Shown: positions 25,406 through 40,135, counted from the stretch's first letter. The stretch: 64,000 nucleotides of DNA from Isurus oxyrinchus (GCA_026770705.1 JANJGN010000015.1:116808001-116872000), one strand, 5' to 3'. Numbers and translations: made by a program. The notes: a model not told the origin generated them from the letters alone.

Positions 25406-27649
25406 TGCTTATTTGTCATGTCAGGCCTTAGTGAAAAACTGTTTCCTTAAAGGTAAGTGGACTCGCATTTTCCCAATCTATCTAGGAATGCCATGATCAA
25501 ATGTAACACTTTTATCACTCAACCAAAGATTAGTTAACCCTGCACAGGTCAGGGATAAAACCTGGGGCCTTCACGTTCCTGACATCTCATTGTATAAACT
25601 CTCAGCACCAATGTTAATCTACAAAAGTAAAGCTTACTGCAGTCATCCAATACGCCGCTATGCAGCAATGACAGACTGAGTCAGCCGTACAATAACAAAA
25701 AATACCATTTAACCACAGACTGCAAACAACATTAAGAACTAAAAGTTGCACACTACTGAAATAATAATTTTTAATGCTTGCAAGAAATAAAGAACCAGAC
25801 CATAGAAAACATTTGCAAGCATGTTTTATTTTTGTTGAACGTATTGTCCCTCTGGCTACAAATACTTCTTGACATTTTTAAGTACCGAGACCACATTTGG
25901 CTAACATCACTCAACAGAGTCTGTGCACACAAAAGAAGCTGGGAGATGTTAGCAACATCAAGAAACCTACAAATTTTTCATTGCTGATTTACACACAATC
26001 GGAAATAGAGCTTTGCCCCAACCAAGAGACCAGGCTAACAAGGGAGTAAGCAATAATCTTCACAAGTATCTGGACAAAAGCAAATTCCAACTTCAATCCC
26101 ACAATGTATTCCTCCCCTCTCCTTCTAGTGCTGCTGTCTCATGTCTGGATACAGTTGTAAGAGTGCCAACCACCCTCCGCTATTTCCCCATCATGTGTGA
26201 ACACATGCAGCAAGTGTGGACGGGTTATTCAATTAGCTGAGCTGACTTTCATTCTCCCACATGCAATTTCCAACATGGGAACTCTGACTGATATTCTTCC
26301 CCTCTCTTCCAGTCCCCAGTAGAGCTCCCTACTGCCCAAGCTGAGACTGGCAAAGAGCATTGACTGGGTTATTAAACCTGGGAACTTTGTGTATCGGAAT
26401 GGTTCAGTACTTTAGACGATAGTACATTTTGTATAACTTTTGAACACTCTGAAATCCATTTTCTGGAGATAGTGCAAGCTTTTTGGAAAGCAAAGAGTGA
26501 CACAAAATTCATGCAAAAATATGGAGTAACTATTCCTATATATGGAGGAGGATTGTTGAATATAATTATATCAGTGAGAATTCATTGCAGCCTGCATCTG
26601 TGAAATCAAACACAAGCCATCAAGTGACCATAGGGGATTGACAACTTTTACAAATGAAGATAAATGATCCCAGTTAGATAGGTTTACAATATAAATTATA
26701 AAAGCTACTGCCATTACGATAATTAGACATATTTGAAATGAAATAAAGAGATTTGAGCGAGTCTGCTCTTCTTTTGAAAAGTTGGTCCAGCTATTTTCTG
26801 TAGAACCAATTAGCTCAGCAGTTAAAAGTCAATTGCATGTTTTAATTAGGGTTAGATCCACACAATTTTCCCCATAGTCTAGAAGAACAACACGTGTGAT
26901 AGTATCATGCAAATATTACAGTAATATCATACAGCATAATTTGTATTTTAACGCCTGTTAAAAAGTGGACAAAAGTAATTCAGACAAACATTAATATTAC
27001 ATGACATCCCTTCAGGGATAATTTTCTTTAAAAAAACATTCTGATAATCAACTGAATATGGTTTTAAAGATTTTGCATACAGTGCACACCATCATACTTC
27101 AAAAGGATTTAAACATGGGGCAAGGGTTGGGATGTTGGTGAAAGTGAGTTAATTTCAGGCTGTTTTTTTCTGACCTGAAGTCAGGAATCTGCAAACACCC
27201 ACCAACCTACAAACTCTCCTCACCAACAGCAATTAAATGCAGGATGTGCCCGTTTACAACAACTGCACTCTGTAACTTTCAAAAACAAGATCACTTTAAA
27301 TAAGGATTCACTGCAAAAACAGAATGCAACATTGAGATATTGTACCATGGAATGCAGAATCACAAACAGCACATTTGTGCAAGCAACAGCAACAGGACAT
27401 ATATATTATATATATGTGTTAATATATTACAATAACAGAAATGATCTCTTTGCAAGGGTTTGTGCGGTAAGGTAGGTGTTCACAAGTATGTTAATCATGG
27501 AAAATGTAAATATACTAAACACCAAACATGTCATCACTGCAGAAAGATAAAGACCTCCCAAAAATAAAACACAAAAGGAATGCTTTCAAGTGTCACAAAA
27601 AGGATCAGAAAATGCACCACTTTTGAATAACAAACCTACTAAAGTACCA

Positions 27650-30600
27650 TTTTTTTAAAAAAAAACTATTTAAAAAAAAATTCAATCACGGGATGTGGGT
27701 TTTGCTTGTCATGCCAGCATTTATTGCCCATCCCTAGTTGCCCTTGAGAAGATGGTGGTGAGCTGCCATCTTGAACTGCTGCAGTCCCTGTGGTGTAGGT
27801 ACACCCACAGTGCTGTTAGGGAGGGGGTTTTAAGATTTTGACCCAGCGACAGTGAAAGAATGGCAATATATTTCCAAGTAAGGATGAGTGAGTGACTTGG
27901 AGGAGAACTTCCAAGTGGTGGTGTTCCCATGTATCTGCTGCCTTTGTTCTTCTAGATAGTAGTGGTCATGGGTTTGGAAGATGCTTTCTAAGGAGCCTTG
28001 GTGAATTCCTGCAGTGTGTCTTGCAGATGGTACACACTGCTGCTACTGCGCTTTGGTGGTGGAGAAAGTGAATGTTTGTGGATGTAGTGCCAATCAAGCG
28101 GGCTGCTTTGTCCTGGACAGTGTCGAGCTTCTTGAATGTTGTGGGACCTGCACTCATCCATGCAAGTGGATCACACTCCTGGCTTGTGCCTAGTAGTTGA
28201 TGAACAGGTTTTGACGAGTCAAGAGGTGAGTCGCATGTCACAGGACTCCTAGCCTTTGACCTGCTCTTGTAGTCACAGTATTTATATGACTAGGCCAGTT
28301 CAGTTTCTGGTCAATGGTAACCCCCAGGATGTTGATAGTGGGGGATTCAGTAATGGTAATGCCATTGAACGTCAAGGGGTGATGGTTGGATTCTCTCTTA
28401 TTGGAAATTGTCATAGCCTGGCACTTGTATAGGAAGAATACAAGTGCCATGAACTTGCCACTTGTCAGCCTAAGCCTGGATATTGTCCAGGTCTTGCTGC
28501 ATTTGGACATGGATTGCTTCAGTATCTGAAGAGTTGAGAATGGTGTTGAACATTGTGCAATCATCAGTGAACATCCCCACTTCTGACCTTATGATGGAAG
28601 GAAGGTCATTGATGACGCAGCTGAAGATGGTTGGGCTGTGGATACTACCCTGAGGAGCTTCTGTAGTGATATCCTGGAGCCGAGATGTCTGACCTCCAAC
28701 AAGTGCAACCACCTTCCTTTGTACTAGGTATGACTCCAACCAGTGGAGAGTTTTCCCTCTGATTCCCATTGACTGCCGTTTTGCTAGGGCTCCTTGATGC
28801 CACAGTTGGTCAAATGTGGCCTTGATGCCAAGGGCAGTCACTCTCACCTCACCTCAGGTATTCAGCTCTTTTGTCCATGTTTGAACCAAGGCTGTAATGA
28901 GGTCAGGAGCAGAGTAACCAAAACTGAGCATCAGTGAGCAAGTTATTGCAAAGCAAGTGCTGCTTGATAGCATTGTCGATGACCTCTTACATTACTTTAC
29001 TGATGATCGAGAGTAGACTGATGGGGCAGTAATTGGCTGTGTTGAATTTGTCCTGCTTTTTGTGTACAAGACATACCTGGGCAATTTTCCACATAGCCAG
29101 GTAGATGTCAGTGTTGTAGCTGTACTGGAACAACTTGGCTAGGGGCGCAGCAAGTTCTGGAGCACAAGTCTTCAGTACTATTGCCATCCAGTTCCTTCAG
29201 CCTTTTCTTGATCACACGTGGAGTGAATCAATTGGCTGAAAACTGGCATCTGCGATGCTGGGGACCTCCAGAGGAGACCGAGATGGATCATCCACTCGGC
29301 ACTTCTGGCTGAAGATTGTAGCAAATGCTTCAGCCTTATCTTTTACACTGATGTGCTGGGCTCCCCCATCATTGAAGATGGGGATATTTGTGGACCCTTC
29401 TCCTCCAAGGAGTTGTTTAATTGTCCACAACCATTCAAGACTGGATGTAGCAGAAATGCAGAGGTTAGATCTGATCCGTTGGTTGTGGGATCGCTTAACT
29501 CCATCTATCACTTGCAGCTTATGCTGTTTGGCATGCAAGTGGTCCTGTGTTGTAGCTTCACCAGTTTGACACTTCATTTTTAGGTATGCCTGGTACTCTC
29601 CTGCAATCGTCATTGAACCAGGGTTGATCCCCTGGCTTGATGGTAATGGTAGAATGTAGGATATGCTGGGCCATGAGGTTACAGATTGTGGTTAAGTACA
29701 ATTCTGCTGCTGCTGATGGCCTACAATGCCTCATGGATGCCCAATCTTGAATTGCTAGATCTGTTTGAAATCTATCCCATTTAGCACGGTGGTAGTACCA
29801 AACAACATGATGGAGGGTATCCTCAACGTGAAGGCAGGACTTCATCTCTACAACGACTGTGTGGTGGTCACTCTTACCGATACTGTCATGGACAAATGCA
29901 CCTGCAGCAGGCAGGTTGGTGAGGATAAGGTCAAGTAGGTTTTTCCCTCTTGTTGGTTCCCTCACCACCTGCCACAGACCCAGTCTAGCAGCTATGTCCT
30001 TTGGACTCAGCCAGCTTGTTCAGTAGTGGTGCTACCGAGCCAGTCTTGGTGATGGACATTGAATTCCCCCACCCAAAGGACATTCTGCACCCTTACCACC
30101 ATTATTGTTTCCTCCAAGTGGTGTTCAACATGGAGCAGCACTGATTAATCAGCTGAGGGAGGGCGGTACGTGGTAATCAGCAGGAAGTTTCCTTGCCCAT
30201 GTTTGACCTGATGCCTTCATGGGGTCCAGAGTCAATGTTGAGGATTCCCAGTGCAACTCCCTCCCGACTGTATACTACTGTACCGTGACCTCTGCTGGGT
30301 CTGCCCTGCTGGTGGAACAGGACGTACCCAGGGATGGTGATGGTGGTGTCTGAAATATTATCTGTAAGACATGATTCTGTGAGGATGACTATGTCCAGCT
30401 GTTGCTTGATTAGTCTGTGAGACAGCTCTTCCAATTTTGGTGCTAGTTAGTAAGGAGGACTTTGCAGGATCAACAGGGCTGAGATTGCCATTGTCATTTC
30501 CATTGTCTAGGTCAATGCTAGGTGGTCCATCCAGTTTCATTCTTTTTTTGAAACTTTGTAGTGGTTTGATACAACTGAGTGGCTTGCTAGGCTATTTCAG

Positions 30601-30700
30601 AGGGCATTTGAGAGTCAACCACATTGCCATGGGTCTGGAGTCACATGTAGGCCAGATCAGGTGAGGATGCAGATTTTCTTCCCTAAAGGACATTAGAAGA
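27650..30700 (-). mobile_element. Near-complete single-ORF CR1-group LINE (APE + RT), degenerate
   Basis: ELSHRLIKQQLDIVILTES (APE); PTRGKNLLDLILTN; QPWFN; LKTCAPELAAPLAKLFQ..WKIAQV..NYCPISLLSIISKVM; ALGIKATFDQLWHQG; PQGSIHSPTIFSCVINDL..FTDD; ILGVTIDQKLNW. 3' tail GGGCAATAAATGCTGGC...CACATCCC followed by an A-rich end. Confidence 0.93.
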
Positions 30701-32479
30701 CCAAAAGCCATGGTGTAAAACAAACTAAAGGGTTGAAAATGGTGGGAAAAATGAAACAAATCAAGTGCTGATCAATTGGGTTTTAAAAGTCCATCAATTA
30801 GAGGAGGAAGACTAAGGGAGATGAGAAGTTCTTCAATTTAGTGTAACATATTTTACATCATTGCATTATGTGCTTAATAAGTTCAATGAAGACTGTGTCC
30901 CTTTAATACTAATCACAATTATTTGTAAAACCTTCTACACCAGTGGTTTTCAAACATTTTTGTGCATGCACACGTATGTGTAGGGGATTGGGCAATGCAG
31001 GGAAATGGAGTGGAAGAGCCACTGTAAATATTAACACACTTTCAGGTGACCCCTGCAATAACTGACACAATCCTGAGGGCTATCTGTCCTAACTTCTGAA
31101 AGGTAGTCAGTTAAACAGTGCTACATTTATTAGTGTACAGCCACAGAAATAAATGTTAACCAGTCAACAAATGCAGATAAAAAATACATAAATTCAATAA
31201 CAAGCAGACAGAAATCTGATGACTTTGGAATCTCTAGGGTCAGAGGATCATAGTTTGAAAGCCTCAATTCAACAGATTTGCATTGTGATAGCACTGGGCA
31301 CATCGATTTTATTTTTTCCTCAAGATGTGAAAACATATATGTGACAAAGTCAAAATGCTAGTCAGGGCACCAATGCAATGCTCATGATAGTCCACCCCAA
31401 CAGAATTTGTGCTAATCAGATTCACTGGCAATGTATTAGAATTTTGCTGGCATAGAATTTAAAGACTCTCCTTTTCACCGAGGTAGGTAATTATATTTAT
31501 TGAACTCTGTGGTTTCTCCATTCTATTTATTCTACAGCACAGTACCCATCATGTTTCTTTTTCCAGTCATGATGATATGAAAAAGCAAGCAGGACAAGGT
31601 AGCCTAGCTCAGCCCTTTCTTCTGACATAGATTCAATAATTTGTTTATGACTCTAGCTTCCACTTAATGCAGCCAGCCAGCTAAGATGGAGCTTTCCTCT
31701 ACTGACACTAAACAATTCCTCAAAGATATTTTCACACCAGCCAGAAGGCATTGGGCCCAACAAGTGTGTCCCTTGAATGTATTCTTCATCCAAAAATATA
31801 GCTCTTGAGCCCATTTTAAAATGTCTATTTCAATTAGCTTCCTTGGCAACTTTGCCCAAAGCCTTTGAAATTCCTTTAAGTGAAAGAATCCTGATTGACT
31901 TTACCTGCTTATCAATGACTTCTTAATTTGTTTTAGAAATGTGCCTCAAAATCAAAATAGCTGACAGCCCTAGACCTCAAGTCTGTGAGCTTTTGGGCTA
32001 GAAGCTGAGTGCCAAAGCAATTGAGTTAGCAATCCTACCATTGCCAAAGTTAGAAATATCATGTGCAGCCAGGAAAATTAAGAAAATTATAGCATTAATT
32101 TGACTCCAGAACTCTAATTATTAATATGTTAAAGAAACCAGGCTTCATTTTTAATTTATCACAGACTCCTAAAATAGGCTGACTTCACACCAAAACTGCT
32201 CGCCTTTTATTTAGTCAAAAACAAGAGCGTTAGATGATGTACAATAAATGATACATCTTGTCTTGGACAATGCTTCATGTGATAGAACATGTGGTATTAT
32301 CAGACCTTTTTTGTAGTTATAAAAAGGAATTTCCCTCTCTGTTCTAAATGTTTAAAACTCAAAAGTCAGAGGAATTCTAATGGCACCAAACCCAGAAAAG
32401 CAACTTTGTTTTATCTCATAAATTTTATCCCTCCTGAAGGCAGTGTCTTTTTGCAGGGCTGTATGGTTCCCCAGATACT

Positions 32480-32780
32480 GGGTGGCTTCTGTTACTCAAG
32501 TAGCTATCATTTATGAGTGAGGATGAGCTTCAAAAATGGGGATCATCTAAGCCTCATCCAACACCTGCACACATGCTCTTCCAAATGAGTTATCAATTGT
32601 GAGAAACTTGACAGATTTCTTCCATTCTAATCATGGGGTGTTTAGATCAATTGACATACCCTTGGCCATTGTAACTTATGGAGATCAGCCAGCTGGATTG
32701 AGAATTGAACCCAGGACATTGCTGTTGTGTATGGCTCAGCTACTCCTTAGATAACCTCACTGATACGTCAGGGAAAGCCA
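32480..32780 (-). mobile_element. Very old tRNA-headed SINE-like family; further copies near 8.7, 11.2, 24.4 and 26.3 kb
   Basis: Recurrent GAGATCAGC(T/C)A...(G)A(T/A)T(G/A)AACC(C/T)(A/G)GGA...TATGGCTCAG, a reversed B-box context, is visible at several loci. Heavily diverged. Confidence 0.4.
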
Positions 32781-35700
32781 CAAGTATGAAACTTGAGCTG
32801 CTTATAAAATTTAGATTACTTATACCTTATTTTGTTCCAATTTTCTCCTGAAGGTAGTAACTGTTGTATATGCCCTTAAGTGATAGGAACATGGCATTGT
32901 AGCATAAAGGTGTTTGGCAGAGCAATGGTTAACACGGGACTGGGGAACAGTACTGCCCATGGTATGATGTAGAGAGTCACATGATAGTACATTGTGGAGT
33001 GCAGCCTGGAAGGAGACAGCATGGAGGCAGCACCCATGCATGGCATTACCTGAGATATGTACATAGTTATGGGTTAACAATAGACGGTTTATGTTTAAAC
33101 ATAAAAGTCTCCAGAGCTCTTAGTCAGACACCGAATGAACCATTGCAACAGTAATGATTGCTGGTTTCATGATTCCACGGATTCTTCCCTAGCACCCAAG
33201 GTCAAATGTAATGCCCTTACTAACACCTCATCTCACTACAGACCAGGAACTGATGCTGGGTCCTCCTGATGGGAATGTTAATTTACATATATCTTTACCA
33301 ACTGAACATGTAAGGGAGCTCTTACTATACATTTTTTCCGATCAGTTATCATATACCGTAAAAGTCTGTACCTCCCCCTTCAGTGACTGTCTCAGCTAAG
33401 ACTGACAGTAGGATGTTCCATTCAACTGATGCATCACAACATCTTACTACAAATTTGTTGGCAAATAATACTGCTTTACACATGACAGTCATGTTGAATG
33501 TGGAACATTCCTATTCAGAAGAGTATGACTAAAGGAGCATGTGGTGCACTCTTGGTTTGGTAAGAGTAGAATGACCATTGCCTTGGTCTGCACAATTAAG
33601 CTACAGCTACAGCATGCTATTTCAACAGCAATATTTTCTTACCTTTTTGCTAATTGTTGGCATTCCTGAATCTCAAATTTAATATTACTAATTTTTCTGA
33701 CAATCTAACACTTTGTCAATTTTTGTTGAGGGATCTGAAACATTGCAGCTGTTATCAGTCTCAATTACAGAAATTCATACCATTGTACAGTCACACACAA
33801 GGCAGTGCTATCCCAAGCTTTTTCAAATCTTCCTATACCCCCTCTATATTTAGGGCCTTAATAATGTATATTTTGGAAGGCCACACTAACAGCTGAATTG
33901 CTTCAGAGAGACTGTGGCAGATTTTCTTTTGCTTGCTTAAGAGGAACATTTAATGTAGAATGTACAGCTTTCTTTCTTTAAAAGCAATTAGCATTTATAT
34001 CTGAAAGATACAAACTTCAGGTTCTGATAGCATTATGAACTGTATTCCTGCTTTATAAGCCAACAAGAACCACCTCGTACCACAAATATGTAAAACAACA
34101 GGAAGACGCTCAGCACTGCACTTAAGGCATCAATTTTACAAAAGTGCTACATGAAAATCTGAGTATGTTTTAATATGCTACAAGAATATACATCAGGCAA
34201 AAAGGCTGGTGTAAGCAGAACTTAAAAGTTATTCACTGTGTTAGAGTCAAAACTTGTGTAATTTATTTAAGAGAAGGAATCAAGCTCTCAACTCAACTTA
34301 CAAATTGCACACAACCCCATCTGTAGAATACTTTGAACAGATTAAATAGTTGGTCACATACTATTTTTGTTTCTTTCCTCCAGTCTTTTAGTTTCTCCAT
34401 ATTGGGCATGTCCTGCTATCTAGACATCAGTTACTCTCAACCAACTACCAGCCAACAGGCACAGTGGTCTCAGGACATCTTTCTCTTTTGATTTTCGACC
34501 CTCCCTGCCTCACTGCAGCAGTGATTAAGACTCAAAAATAGGCATTAGTACACAACCTTCTAACTTTATCATCTCAATTACAGGTACAGCACTTCCTATA
34601 GCTAGATGATCATTGACAGTGGAACATTTTGGCTTAAGCGAACTTTTAGTTTGGTCACCTAACTTCCTCAAGAATGAACTCTGCCCCAATGTTTGAAAGT
34701 AATTTGTAGTTAGAAATACTGATTTCAATCCACTGGCTTTAAAACTCTGTACTTGGCATAATTTAATCACTCCTTTCTTATTTCACTCCACTCTTAACCA
34801 CAGTGGTGGTCTGCAGGACAGGCCTTGACCCTGCACCCAGGTGCTCAATAAGATATTACAATATGCACCATGAAATAGCATCCCCAGAGAATTGTAGATC
34901 AGTGCTTTAAATGCAGAAAGATGGTGCTGGTGAAGCATTGTTTTGAAATGTCAGCTAGTAGCTTGAAATTTATGTCCTTGTCACAAACACAACAAAATAA
35001 TGTTGACAACATTATGCAGTTTTAACAGTCAAAAATTACAGTACTCCATCTCCATAGCATGTGATTAGTTTCAAAGAAATTAGTTCACGCTAAGTTGTGT
35101 GTTTTTAAAATAAAATTAGACAGTCCACTTAGTAAGAATCGTGCACACTCCAATATGCAACATTTACCAGACAATAGTAATAGTCTGTTGGCACAACACT
35201 TCAAAACATTACACTTAATTTTACTATAGAATGTCAAGAGTTGGAGACTACCATCAAAGTTTTTTCTTTCCATGAGCCAGTCTAAGGAATCTGGGACAAT
35301 TCAGGTACATAGGCCTCGGTGTCATTTTCAATCCTTCGGGGAGGACACAGGTCAATGGATTATCTGTACTTGCCAACCCAGTCCCCTCACATTTATTCTG
35401 CAACTCTTTTAATACATAAAAATATAATGCGTTAAAAATAGGTAAAATCAATACTTACTCCAAATTTAACCCAGTGATTCCTCTAATTCCCAACACCCAC
35501 CCACCCAATAAATCGGTGAATCCGGGTGATTACTGCATTATTTAATTGAGCTAACGTCTAACTGAGGTCTTCCATTCTCAATCATGAATTCAACTATGAC
35601 ACTCAACAGTCAAGTGTCCAAATAATGGTAGAGAATAAAATACATAAAATCAACGGAATGTTGAGAAAGAATGGTTACTTTGATGTGTGTTGGTATTGGG

Positions 35701-36620
35701 AATGAGCTCCTCAACTCAAGCACCCAGACTGATGTGCGCTTTCCGAAACATCTCATTCATTAGTGCTCAACTCGTAATCACGGTTACAGACACAATATTT
35801 TCGCTACAGCTTCAGATATCCATGCTCAAGCTGGCCCGAAATGAATCACGAAACTACATTTATTTTTGAAATTCCTGGTCAGAACAATCTTACGATTATT
35901 ATGCATTTGTGTGTGCAGCGGGCATCCCAGCATGTCATTTCTTTTAAATTGGTGTTTAGCATCTTTAAAATCCACCCTTCCTATTTAAGTTAAAATGTGT
36001 TTGTTTTATTAAGTTGTACTTTAAACATGGAGTCCCTACCATAGCGATACGACGAGCGAGGTAGATTTGAAATTGATAAAACGCCGCCTGAAGTTGACAG
36101 GTTGCTCAGGTAACGCACATATTCGAAGCAAAGGTTCAAGGACTATCAACAAAATACAGCAAGTATCATTTAGGATACCAATTACAAGTATTGCTGAGGC
36201 CCGAATGGTATAGTTTTCCAATTTGGCAAATAGGCTTTATTTTTTAAAAATTGTTGTTCTTACCTAAGTCTTCCATCACATTGAATTGCAGCAGCTCCGT
36301 TTTATTTTACATATTTAAAATGTTACATTGCAAATTGCTGTTAAGTCTTGTACTGCAATGACAGTTTCCCTGCCTCTCAATTAGGTTGGTGTAATTATGG
36401 AGATCATTTTGCTAAATACGTTTAACAAGCCTGAATTCCACGTTTTAACGCATGCATTCTCCTCGAAGACCACAGTTTATGACCCAGCTCACTTGACGTT
36501 GGGGCATTGCAAGGAATACTGAATAATGGACAGATAGAAGCACACCAGAGTTCGAACCAAAATATCACCTCTCAACATAATAGTGGTCTCTGAATAATCA
36601 AACCCAGTCTCATGGTCATA

Positions 36621-37008
36621 GGGTGGTGTAGTAGTAATAGAGACGTGGGCTAATGAATGCTCTGGGGACATGTGTTCAAACCCCACCATGGCTGAGTTAG
36701 ATAGATTCTCGACTAATAAAGGAGTCAAATGATATAGAGGGAAGTAGAGGCCACAATCTGATCACCTTTGATATTATCAAATGGTGAGAAGGCACAATGG
36801 GGCTTAATGGTACACTCTTGGGCCTATCCTGGGCTTAAATCTGGTCCTTACCTGGCCTGGTCTACATGTGACTCCAGATCCACAGCACTCTGGTTGATTC
36901 CTAACTGCCCTCTGAAATGCCTACTCAGTTTAAGAGCAAGTAGGGATGGGTAACAAATGCTGGCTTTGCTCAGTGACACCCACATCCCATCAAAGAATAT
37001 AAAAAAGT
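36621..37008 (+). mobile_element. tRNA-headed SINE with LINE tail; contains a short CR1-tail-like insert
   Basis: A box TGGTGTAGTAG and B box GTTCAAACC. Body GGTCTACATGTGACTCCAGATCCACAGCA...TGCCCTCTGAAAT. Tail TAGGGATGGGTAACAAATGCTGGC...CCCACATCCCAT. Confidence 0.8.
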
Positions 37009-39179
37009 AAATATATTATAATTGCCAAACCAATATTAGAATATATTAATTATGCAATCATCCCAACCTCTATAAATAATTGGGAAGGTAGCAATTTGCA
37101 AAACCTCCCTCCCTAAATAATCTCAGAGGTCATAGATTTTCCACACATTCTACGATTGTGTTTTGAACACAAGTAAGCAGAAAGGTAATTGAGGCGGGGG
37201 GGGGGGGGGGGGGGGCGGTGTTGCGGAGGTGGTGGTTGTGAACAGAATAAGGTCAGTCACTCATTACAATGAAATGATTCCTAATTAGTTAATGAAGTAA
37301 AAATTCAGAGACAGAGATCTGAGCTTTGCGACACGATTTGAATTAAGCGCTTCAAGCTCTGGCACGTTTTTAATAAGCAATGGAAGAATTACAGCGTTAG
37401 CAGCAATAACGTTAGTGTAAATAAAAATTGAGTTAGTTGACCCAGAGATAGAGAATGAAAACAAAGGTGCATCAGCATTTATTATACAAATGCAAAAATG
37501 GTGCACAGATATGTACTGTATTTTACAACTTTAACCTGCAACCAGTATTACAGGAATAACACTGAATATAATAGATATGCTTTATTTAGCGGAAATGCTG
37601 GGGAATATAAACACTGGAACACATGACTGGCTGTTTCGTTTGCAGTGCCCATTGTATCATGGATTGACTTCTGTGCATGCTTAACCTGAAGGGGTACCCA
37701 TGGCGAAGGCAAAATCTCAATTCCGAGTGACAACATCCCAGGTGTTTGGTAGTGACAAGAAGAAAGTAGCAGAGATAGAATGGCTTGGATGGCGATTTAA
37801 TGTATTGTTAAAGATAGATATCTAAATATACAGGATGTCTTTGAAATAGGCATTACAATGAACGTAGTTATCGCTCGAACATTGTGAAATGTCTTTTATC
37901 GAGAAATTAAGATTTGGCAGGTGAACTTAATAATCAATGAAGTCTGCTCCCAAATTGTTCATCCGATTGCTACAGAGAGGAGTGCTCTGGCCAGTACCCT
38001 CAGTCACACTCACTGAAACATATGGAGGTGTGCAGAGACGAGTTTAAACTGGTGCTGGGCCGACAGGGGTTAATCTTAACGGTTTTAAACGGGAACTTTT
38101 GATTTAAGGAAGGGAAAGAGCAAAAACAAGGCTGAGGTTCCAGTATGTTTAGGTGTATTAAATACTGTATATAAAACCTACTGATTCCTTCAGTATCCGA
38201 TAGACAACTCGTAGACTCACCTCAATTTTTACAATGAAAACTGCAATTCAGTAATATTACTACCACACCGTCCCAACCACACCACCCCCAACCCCGCCCC
38301 CCCCCCCAAACCGTAAACCGAATATATTACGCAAGACCACGGAATATTTGCTTAAGGAAATTACGTCCGACATTACAGCATCTGTTTACAAGTGCTTCAT
38401 TTAAAATAATTAACAACATTGCCTTTCTTCCGAAGTTTATTGGGTTGTCAAATATCAGAGTTCCTTCTAAAAAAAATTTGTAGTATTTCATAAACTGAAA
38501 AAATACAGATATTGAGTAAAATAAATCAGTGAGGACACGCTGCACAACTGAAAGCTTATATTTTAACGTTGTATGGTTAGTTTTGTTTAAAAACTTATAT
38601 AAAGAGTTCGGAAAATCTTGCAATACAGCCAAGGATACTTCTATGAGAGTTCGGATCGTCGTGATGAAATCATAAATGCACCATACCAGCAGCACGGAAA
38701 GTACAGAATGTGTACCACTTGAAAATGTTTATATAGAGATGTATTTTGTTTGTATTTCTAATTTGCTGCTAACATAATTCTATTTTCTCTCGTGTTGTAA
38801 TCTTTTTTAAAAATTGGTTGTACAATTATGCATTCTTTATAGATTAATACATACGTATCATGTACTGTATAGGTGCAATTTATAACAATCTCGAAACATA
38901 AATTATGCCTATGTCTTGTGTGTGTATATACATGCATGAACAAAACCAATGCCTAAATTGTGCTTTTAAGGTACAATGATTAGGATACAGAAAAAGCCAG
39001 CGGCCGTCTACTACATGGACGAGAGTTGAACGGAATAATTCTAGTAAGTTGGAGGCGTGTTAGATGTGTGAGAACTGACCAAAACTACTAGCTTCCATGC
39101 TAAAACCCACACATGAAATTAAATCTTAGCATATTCTCAGAAATAGGAAGAGTTAAATTGAACGCTCAAAAGTCTGTTA

Positions 39180-39470
39180 CAAGTGTGCCTGTGTGACAGT
39201 TTGCGAGCCTATGTGATAGTGTCTGTGGGGTTATTGTGTGAGTTTGAGTACGTGAGTGAATGAGAGAATTTGCGTAAATGTATATATGTTTTGACTGTGT
39301 GCATGATTGTGCATGTGTCTGTATGTATGTCTGTGAACTGAGTGTATGTGTGCAATCCAGTGAATTGGTGCGCCTGTGAGAGCTCGTGCTTGTGCAACTG
39401 TGTATTTGTGCCCAGTGATTGTGTTTGCGTAGGACAGCAACAGTGTTTGTGTGACTGAAAATGTTCATGC
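39180..39470. repeat. Degenerate (TG)n-rich simple repeat
   Basis: Cryptic TGTG/TGAG/TGCA periodicity; source of the His/Thr-rich spurious ORFs. Confidence 0.7.
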
Positions 39471-39829
39471 AAGCACTCCGATTCTAGTAAACTGCCCCGT
39501 AGGAGTTCAGCTCCAACACCTAAATCGCACTAACAGATAGCAAAATGATACTGATTGCCATTTAGTCGCTCCCACCTCCCCTGAAGTAGGAAAAACTAGC
39601 AAGCTGAAAACGTTATGACTCTTTAATTTGCAGCCCCCCCCCCCCCCCCCCCCCCCCACCCCGTCAGTTATGTGTGTATAAGAGAGATTGTGATTTGAGC
39701 AAAGTGCGAAAGGTTGTAGGAGTCAACGTGAAGACTGAAGGCTGGAAACTGTAGAGTTGTCGCTGTGACGTGCAGTAATTCGGGTCATTTTTTTGAGACT
39801 ACGGGCCGATGAATCAGCTGTTTCTGCTA

Positions 39830-40135
39830 GAAAAGGGAGAGTGAGAGAGAAAAATACTGCCAATGAAGAGGTATGGACAGCGATAAGAAATGTGTAAAAG
39901 AAGAAAGGAGCTCTACAGATAGTAAAAAGAGCGAGGGAAAAAATGGTGTGCGAGCTATAGGGGAGATGTATAGCTATTGATATAAAGTGGAAAATATAAA
40001 GAGAAACAGCGAGGTGGAGCGAGAGAAACAGAAGGAGAGAAAACAGAGAAAAGGGAAGAGAAAGGGCGAGAGAAGAAGGAGAAACCTGTGAGTGAAACGA
40101 TGTGTATGTGAGTGAGAGAGAGAGAGAGAGAAAGT
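39830..40135. repeat. Purine-rich GA low-complexity tract ending in (GA)n
   Basis: Seen directly; (GA)9 at ~40113-40131. Confidence 0.7.

Noticed and set aside
27398-27420. AT-rich palindrome
   Set aside because: A simple (TA)n repeat is trivially self-complementary.
27641-30712. Target-site duplication for the long LINE (AAAGTACCAT vs AAAAGCCAT)
   Set aside because: Too short and imperfect to call.
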